Of a stretch of DNA of 43,941 nucleotides, positions 37,183 to 43,941 are shown in pieces; positions within the stretch are counted from its first letter, which is position 1; the number at the start of each line of letters is the position of its first letter. The position numbers were made by a program, and so were the translations under genes. The notes under the pieces are model-generated. The model worked only from the letters and a program-made list of their open reading frames with translations. It made no database searches and had not been told where the DNA came from. Source of the DNA: Octopus bimaculoides (taxonomy: Eukaryota); the NCBI RefSeq assembly GCF_001194135.2, contig NC_068995.1, positions 51,823,519 through 51,867,459 of the forward strand, read 5' to 3'.

Positions 37183-37999
37183 ATACACATGCACTATTTC
37201 TCTTTGCATCTTACACTATATCATTCTCACCCTTCGTCCTCTCGTTTCTTTTTCACTAGTGTCTGTGTACGTGTAAATACATATATGCATACACACACAC
37301 ATAGAGACGCAGACACACATATTTGTGTACACCTACGTATATATAGATGTATATATGACTATATAATCACGCACAAACGCAAACATATCACACACGCACA
37401 CAAACACACACGCCTGACGGCATGTACACTTCAAATAAATAGATTGGAATGAACTTTTCTTTCTTATTGACTCTCACCTGCCATATTCTTTGTTGGTGCC
37501 AATCTCTTCACTATCCCTGGTGACTTCGGCATATTAAAAGATAAGTAAATCGATGGATTAGCATAGAATTGGTGTGCAATTCGATAATAAAAGTAAATAA
37601 ATCGAATATTATGGTGGATCAATGTATTAACAAAGAAATGGAGTCCATTTTGATCATAAGATTACATAAACCGAATCTTATGGAAGTGAAATAAACGAAG
37701 AAAAAAGAAAACGAAAGGAAAAAATGAGAAAATAGTTTCCAGTCATGGAATATGCACAATATTTCCATTGGAAATATTCACCGTATTTTTCGAACATTAA
37801 ATAATTCTTCAAATAAATATTTGTGTTTCTTATTATTTTGTTATATACAGGTTTTGGTCTGAAGGTTTCTTGATTGTCATGCAAATATATATACAAGCTG
37901 GTCTCGTGTATATCTTTGTTTGAAATATTTGTTTTAGCTCTGGTATAGTTTCATGTTATTTCCTTATTAAATCAAGTTTTTTTGCTATTCATTCTATTA

Positions 38000-38157
38000 T
38001 ATTTTATTCTTTTCAACTCTTGGTACAAAGCCTGAAATTTTTGGGGAAAGGGGCCAGTCGATTTGATCGACCCCAGTACGCAACTGGTACTTAATTTATC
38101 GACGCCGAAAGGATGAAAGGCAAAGTCGTCCTCGGCAGAATTTGAACTCTGAACGTA
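38000..38157 (-). mobile_element. SINE family 2
   Basis: Reverse complement aligns to 26990-27152 over its length. Confidence 0.85.
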
Positions 38158-38305
38158 TTTCGTCTGTTACTATGTTCTAAGTTCAAATACTGCTTTTCAT
38201 CCATCCGAAGTCGATAAATTAAGTACCGATGAAACACTGGGGTTGATGTAATTGACTATACCCCTCCCCTGAATTTCAGGCCTTGTGCCTTTAGTAGAAA
38301 GGGTT
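38158..38305 (+). mobile_element. SINE family 2 (inverted relative to its neighbour)
   Basis: tttcgtctgt..tatgttctaagttcaaat...gtcgataaattaagtacc...gaatttcaggccttgtgcctttagtagaaa. Confidence 0.8.
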
Positions 38306-39050
38306 ATGTACCCCCTCCCCCAACCAATGGAAAAATCATCGCTCTACATATCAGCCAAGATGGTTGTAATTTTTCTTTTCAGGTCAGATGATAATCTTGT
38401 CTCTTATTAGCGGTTCAAAGGTAAGTAAGATTCCGCATCTCATGCTCTCGGATGAAAGTCTCCGGAAGATACCTTTCCTAATTGCAAAAATTTGCAACGC
38501 GGACCTTTTTCTGAGCAAGTTGATCCATGTTTTGTATATGTGTTTCTGGCGGCGCTGAAGAACGAAAAATTAATATGATTTCTCACTTTTTATTTCAGTC
38601 GGCAAAAGGTATGCACGCAAGTGTATGTACCTTGATGTTGTTGTTGTTCTTTACGTATCATTGGAAATATTCCAGTTAATATCAGTGTTATCTGACAAAA
38701 AAAATTTCTTTTTTTCTCTGTTGAATGGTTACACCCTGCTGTGGAATTATTGTTGTTGTTGCTGTTGTTGTCGTCGTCGTTGTTGCTATTTGTTTCTGTG
38801 GTTTAACATTCAGGTGACTTTTATGACGGGCGTTGTCTTTCTGGCGGAAAGCCATCTTCAGTTGATTACAGTTCTCCTCAAAATGTCCAAAAATACGTGT
38901 TTTTCTTCAGGTATGGATGACATTCAGAACGATCCAAAACGAAGCCCTGAAGAAGAAGAAATGCTTTTATTTTCTTCAATTACTCTTGGTAAAAGTCCCA
39001 AATTATAAGGAACAAAAAGATGCACGTGTTTCCATGGCAACCCAAATCTA

Positions 39051-39090
<40 letters not shown>

Positions 39091-39124
39091 GCAATAATAG
39101 CAGCAACAAAATAATAATAATAAC

Positions 39125-39300
39125 AGGTTCAAATTTTGCCACAAAGGCTAAAATTTAGGGGGAGGGGGTGCTTATTTTATCGACCCGAAAGGATGAAAGG
39201 CAAAGCCGATCTCCGTGGGGCTTGATCTCAGAACGTAATGAGGGGCGAAATGACGCTAACCATTTTGTCCAGCGCGCTACCGATTCTGCCGGTTCACCGG
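39125..39300 (-). mobile_element. SINE family 2, diverged
   Basis: ttatcgacccgaaaggatgaaaggcaaag...ctcagaacgtaa...gattctgcc.g.tcacc. Confidence 0.75.
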
Positions 39301-39304
39301 TTTA

Positions 39305-39388
39305 GTAATAATAACAATTTTAATAATAATGATAATAATAATAATAATAATAATAATAGTAATAATAATGATGATGATGATGATGATG

Positions 39389-39460
<72 letters not shown>

Positions 39461-39471
39461 TTAATAATAAT
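39305..39471 (+). repeat. (AAT)n/(GAT)n microsatellite
   Basis: Seen directly. Confidence 0.98.
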
Positions 39472-40140
39472 ACAGAATTGAGAGCAAATGCTGAATCTGT
39501 GGAAAAGGAGACGCAAGTATCAAGCTTCATTTCAGCACAAAAGTGTTTAAGTGTTTAACTGACACAAAAGTGCTTAAGAATTAGCGTAACTATAACGGTA
39601 TGAAAATGCATTAGGATTGTAGCCAAGAGTGTGGATAAAAAAGTTGTAAGAAATGTGCTACGAACTCGATCCAGAGTCTGTGATGTTGAATAATAATTAG
39701 ATAATTTTATGGGATTTTTCCATTCAGGGTGACCATATTATTGAAGGGAAGAGAACAGATATTATTGTTGAAGACAAAAATGAAACACACACGTTCGGTG
39801 TGAGACCATAGACTTCGCAATAAAATATAATAGAATGAATGCCAAAGAAATTGAGAAAATTGATAATCATTAGGAACTAATAAAGAAGCTGAAAAGTTTG
39901 TGGAATGGAAATTGTTTGTGGTAATTTTTGCGACTTGTACAAAGACAAATCTGCTAAGCTGAAGGATATCGGAATTGAGGATTGAATTGTTGGAAGTGAA
40001 ATCCTCTTTTCTGCTAGAATTCTAAGATGAATCTTGAGACTGGAGGAGAGCTGTTCTCACCAAACCTCAAAAAGACAACAACCCAACTAACTAAAGTAGC
40101 ATGCGATACCTTTTTAATAAGAACAGCAATAACAACAACA
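39472..40140 (+). mobile_element. R4/Dong-type LINE 3' fragment (zinc knuckle plus REL endonuclease), decayed
   Basis: Translation with stops: SKC*ICGKG (CCHC knuckle), IILWDFSIQGDHIIEGKRTDIIVEDKN, IDFAIKYNRMNAKEIEKID, KLKSLW, KLKDIGIE, LFSARILR*ILE. Confidence 0.8.
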
Positions 40141-40149
40141 AGAACAACA

Positions 40150-40152
40150 ATT

Positions 40153-40210
<58 letters not shown>

Positions 40211-40212
40211 CA
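40150..40212 (+). repeat. (AGT)n microsatellite
   Basis: Seen directly. Confidence 0.95.
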
Positions 40213-40780
40213 ATAATGGTTTCCATTTTTTTATTTCGCTTTCAAGTATTCGAAAATTATTTCATAAGTTTCTTCTGAGGAAACGTATCTAGAGGCACTT
40301 GGCTCCTTGTTATTATAGCTTATTCCCTCTCTAACAGAAGATGCAATTTTCAATAGATTGTAAACAAGATAATTTTTCGAAGAAAAAAAAACAATGTATA
40401 AAAAAAAAAACTACGCAGACGCTCTGTCTATCTCAGATACGGAGATAGACGTCGAAACGTATCACTGTCCCTCCTTCAAAATTCATCCAAAGGAGACAAA
40501 AAGGAAAAAAAAAACACATTTTCGTGAGTAAAACTTGGCAACAATTTAAATTTCTCAGAACTGCATCTAGAGATGTTCACACGTTTCAAATGACTGTAAC
40601 AACAGCAATAGAAAATAACAGAAGTTACTGCAAGCAAACTTCTATTTCATACATCTCTCTCCTTTTCACCCATACACATACATTTAGGATGATTGTGAAG
40701 CATTTTTTCTAATTTCATTTTATATATAAATATACATATATATATATTCAGACATGCATACATACAGATATAAATACGCG

Positions 40781-40832
<52 letters not shown>

Positions 40833-41124
40833 GTTAAACGCAGGTGTTATTCAAATCTTTATACTTCCGACATATGTTTCGAAGAAAACATTGATATTGT
40901 TCCGGAGTTAATAAAATGATATAAAAGAATGCAAAAGAAGGGAAAAGAAGAAGCAAAGCACATCAATAAGCCATTTTAACCGAATGTGATTACCGCGTAT
41001 ATGATGAAGGGAGGCGCTAGCAATTTATATTTTTTAGCCCTTTATGGACGTGAAACCTAAGGTAAACCCGAAAACCGGCCTTATCTAACTTTAATATATA
41101 TAATATAAACCCGTCGCAGGATTT

Positions 41125-41265
41125 CTCCTTTTTGACAGCTGAGTAGCCTGGAGCAACTTAAAATGAGGTGTTTTCTCAAGAACACAACGCGTCTCCCGAT
41201 GCAGAAATCGAAACCACAATCTTACGATCATGAGTCCAACACCCAACCACTTAGCCACGCTTACT
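41125..41265 (-). mobile_element. tRNA/CORE-type SINE (family 4)
   Basis: Minus strand TGGCTAAGTGG A-box, GGTTTCGATTTC B-box, GTGTTCTTGAGAAAACAC CORE-like motif. Confidence 0.7.
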
Positions 41266-41269
41266 CTCT

Positions 41270-41460
41270 TTTATTTTTTTTAATGTTTCAGTCACTTGAC
41301 TACGGCCACGCTGGAGCACCCCCTTAAAGCGTTTTAGTCGAAGAAATCGGCTCCAGGACTTATTCTTTGTAAGCCTAGTACTTATCCTCTGCCCAAGTTG
41401 CCACGCAGTGGGACTGGACCATGAACCATGTGGTTAGGAAGCAAGCTTCTTACCACATGG
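41270..41460 (-). mobile_element. SINE family 1 with internal deletion
   Basis: The 3' half (to ...cctagtacttatcctct) is fused directly to the 5' half (gcccaag.tgccacgcagtgggact...), with no microsatellite spacer. Confidence 0.75.
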
Positions 41461-42039
41461 TTCTTGATTCATGTATACATATGTATATGTATATACATAT
41501 GTATTAACATGCACTCATATATATGTATTTATATATGCGAATATATACGTATATAGACATTGTAAGAAATAAAGAAAAATATGTTATTCAGAGCGAATGC
41601 GTTTGTATGGTTTTTTGGTATTAGTTTGGAATGCCATAAGGTTTCTCTGCCAATCTAAACTTCATATAGCGTTGTACTCTGACATTATGTTATAGAGTAC
41701 AGTCTGCAAAACTCAATGAAGCAGACGATAAAACGAAGACAAAAGGAGTGGCGTTTTAATCTCATATGCAGATAAAATCTTTGTTCTGCGTCTTCTCTGT
41801 CGTCGTAGAAAACACATCTAATAAAGAGATAAATATATATATTTTGTAGTATATAGCATGAAAAAAATGATAAATGTACTTTTATCTCATAAAAAACATA
41901 TTAGAAAGAAAAATGATGCAATACATCTAGTCATATATTTACAAACTTTTATATATTTATATAACAACATATTGCCGCACACGTATATACAAGTGAATAT
42001 ATGTCATTGGTTTGACTCAGGTTCGTTGTTATCCCTGAT

Positions 42040-42299
42040 AGAAATTATGTGGGTAGCTGGTTACTACCAGTAACCTTAGCTATACACAGCCTTCTAAGTA
42101 CTTAAAACCTTCTAAGTACTTAAAACCCTTCTGATAATCTAATCTTCTCTGCACCTAAGTGGCAAACTTTCTGTAGAAACTCTGGCGGGCATTCTATTCC
42201 GATCTCCTTCAATCATTTGTCTGTACCGTTATTCACAGTTCCAAATGCATCAATTATTACAAGCACAGCCTTTATAGTTTCCATACTTCAAATTCTTGC

Positions 42300-42302
<3 letters not shown>
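42040..42302 (-). mobile_element. R4/Dong-type LINE extreme 3' fragment, with an 18-bp tandem duplication (42090-42125) over the stop codon
   Basis: ARI*SMETIKAVLVIIDAFGTVNNGTDK*LKEIGIECPPEFLQKVCHLG...IRRVLST*. The 3' UTR ctaaggttact is shared with the copy at 17240-17650. Confidence 0.75.
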
Positions 42303-42380
<78 letters not shown>

Positions 42381-42390
42381 CACCATCAAC
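42303..42390 (+). repeat. (TTA)n array between two Dong-like LINE fragments
   Basis: Seen directly. Confidence 0.97.
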
Positions 42391-43892
42391 ATCGTTATCA
42401 TTATTAAGTTATTACAAGCTAATTTAATTAGCAGTTTGGTAACAAGTCTCTTCATATTCTCAAGTATCTTTCTTAAGATTCTTTCAAAATATGGATGGCT
42501 ACTTTCTTTCAGGTCGACAACGCCATTTTCAATTCCAGTATCTTTCAGTTTTTTAAGTAGTGTTTAAGGTGTTGTGCGAAGTGCACCAGTTACCACAGGA
42601 ATAATTATTGGCTCAGTCTTCCACAGTCGCTTGAGTTTTCTGGCTGAATCCTGATATTTCTGAAGCTTTTCAATTTTTGGGGTAGCGACTCTCTTATTAT
42701 AAGGAATTGCAAAATCTCTCATCTTAAAATGTTAATTTTGCGCTCCGTAATCGTGTCTTGTCGCCATGTTTCAATTGTATTCTTTTTTTTATTCTTTTTA
42801 TTTATTTCAGTCATGTGACTGCGGCCATGCTGGAGCACCGCCTTTAGTCGAGCAAATCGACCCCAGGACTCATTCTTTATAAGCTTAGTACTTATTCTAT
42901 CGGTCTCTTTTGCCGAACCTCTAAGTTACGGGGACGTAAACACACCAGCATCGGTTGTCAAGTGATTGTGGAGGGGGGACACACGCAGACACAAAAACAT
43001 ATACACACACATACATACATGTCTATATATATATATAGACATGTATACGACGGGCTTCTTTCAGTTTCCGTCTACCAAATTCACTCACAAGGCTTTGGTC
43101 GGCCCGAGACTATAGTTGAAGACACTTGCCCAAGGTGCCACGCAGTGGGACTGAACCCGGAACCATGTGGTTGGTAAGCAAGCTACTTACCACATAGCCA
43201 CTCCTGCGCCTGGTCAGGCTTTATTGGAAAGTCCCATGAGATCCGGTAATTCTTGTTCCCTGTCACAGCTTCTGGTTCGTGCTCATATTACTTTTCATTA
43301 TTCTGAAGACGTGGTCCATTCTTCCTCAGCTCATAGGGCGCGTTGATTTCATGTAGGACTACAGAAAGTGGTATCAAATCTATAACAGATAACAGAGGTG
43401 AAGAAGGAGTCTCCTTCGAAGATACTACTTTTGATTGTTACCTCGGCTAAGTGCTGGTTGTTACAGGAAAGACGCGTTTTCCAGCTATGCATTCTATTCT
43501 TAATCATTGCACACATGTTCTCAGCTATTCCACACATGTCGAGTGTTTCCAAAATCCAAGAATGCGACAACATATCGTAAGCCTTTTTGAAGTCTATCCA
43601 GCCCATTTTTGGTACCGTTTTCAGTTCTTCACTATAACCTTGTCAATCACAAAGTGGTCCTTTGTTACCATTGAATCCTTTTCGGCATCCCTTTTGTTCT
43701 ACTTGCAGAAGATTGTCTTCCGCAAGGTGCGTATATATTTTGCCTGCGAGGGTACCTGTTATTACCTTCCATAGGGGGTTAAGACAAGCAATGGGTCGGT
43801 AATTACTAACCTCATTGCCCTTTGACCGATCTTTCATTAACAAAGCTGTTCTTCCATCTGCCATCCACTCCGGAACTGTACCACTCTATAGG

Positions 43893-43895
<3 letters not shown>
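42390..43895 (-). mobile_element. R4/Dong-type LINE: RT N-terminal half fused by deletion to the REL C-terminus, interrupted by a SINE
   Basis: GRTALLMKD..KG..VSNYRPIACLNPLWK..EQKGCRK, WIDFKKAYDMLSHSWI, IFEGDS (RT domains); then YEHEPE..SWDFPIKPD|HTIETWRQD and DFAIP..IEKLQKYQD..LKRLWK..IPVVTGAL (REL). Confidence 0.9.
42781..43210 (-). mobile_element. Full-length bipartite tRNA/CORE SINE (family 1), 430 bp
   Basis: A/B boxes, CORE motif, internal (AC)/(AT) spacer, 3' half and T-rich tail on the plus strand. Its boundaries are defined by the interrupted LINE reading frame. Confidence 0.92.

Positions 43896-43941
<46 letters not shown>
43896..43941 (+). repeat. (AG)n microsatellite
   Basis: Seen directly. 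Confidence 0.98.

Larger units (their letters stand above)
1..43941. other. Repeat-rich eukaryotic (probably octopus/coleoid) intronic or intergenic DNA with 17 assembly gaps
   Basis: N-runs at about 586-680, 1556-1742, 2724-3274, 4291-5032, 8733-8853, 11356-12255, 12914-13163, 15819-16046, 16350-16359, 18913-18922, 22849-22960, 23451-24410, 29476-29845, 30478-30769, 31720-31812, 32695-32866 and 35447-35726, nearly all bordered by simple repeats. Dense AT/AC/AG/AAT/ATAC/AGAT microsatellites and tRNA-derived SINEs. The taxon is inferred, not proven. Confidence 0.75.

Noticed and set aside
38820-38875. Minus-strand CUGAAGA-UGGC(uuucc)GCCA-GAAA hammerhead-like core
   Set aside because: No U16.1/H17 triplet in register and stem I does not pair.
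41040-41090. acctaaggt...GAAAACCGGCC, a possible third hammerhead relic
   Set aside because: Core and stems are too degenerate to support.
1-43941. CRISPR arrays, rRNA, operons, prokaryotic defence or phage systems
   Set aside because: No repeat-spacer arrays, rRNA-like sequence or gene-dense segments; the DNA is clearly eukaryotic and repeat-dominated.

Overview
This is AT-rich, non-bacterial (metazoan) genomic DNA with 17 N-gaps totalling about 5.4 kb. Almost every gap is flanked by microsatellites, as expected for a short-read assembly. The microsatellite load and the tRNA-derived SINE families suggest an octopus or other coleoid cephalopod (inference). No intact protein-coding gene can be supported, and nearly all ORF-track entries are microsatellite or gap artefacts. 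Recognisable content: a decayed mariner transposase and a mariner-derived MITE, a CR1-type LINE 3' fragment, four fragments of R4/Dong-type (restriction-like endonuclease) LINEs, a hAT TIR remnant, about 20 SINE copies of four families, Penelope-like repeat relics, and a tRNA-like element. The best leads are: (i) a textbook AG|GTAAGT recursive-splice-like site and a series of plus-strand microexon-like splice-site pairs, hinting that the window is a large intron; (ii) a frameshifted PLAT/LH2-domain-like exon; (iii) Dong-like LINE junctions flush with (TAA)n arrays; (iv) hammerhead-ribozyme-like relics; (v) a 190-nt string of consecutive hairpins; (vi) inverted SINE pairs that could be ADAR substrates. 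None of these establishes a new system from sequence alone; each needs RNA-seq or a homology search.
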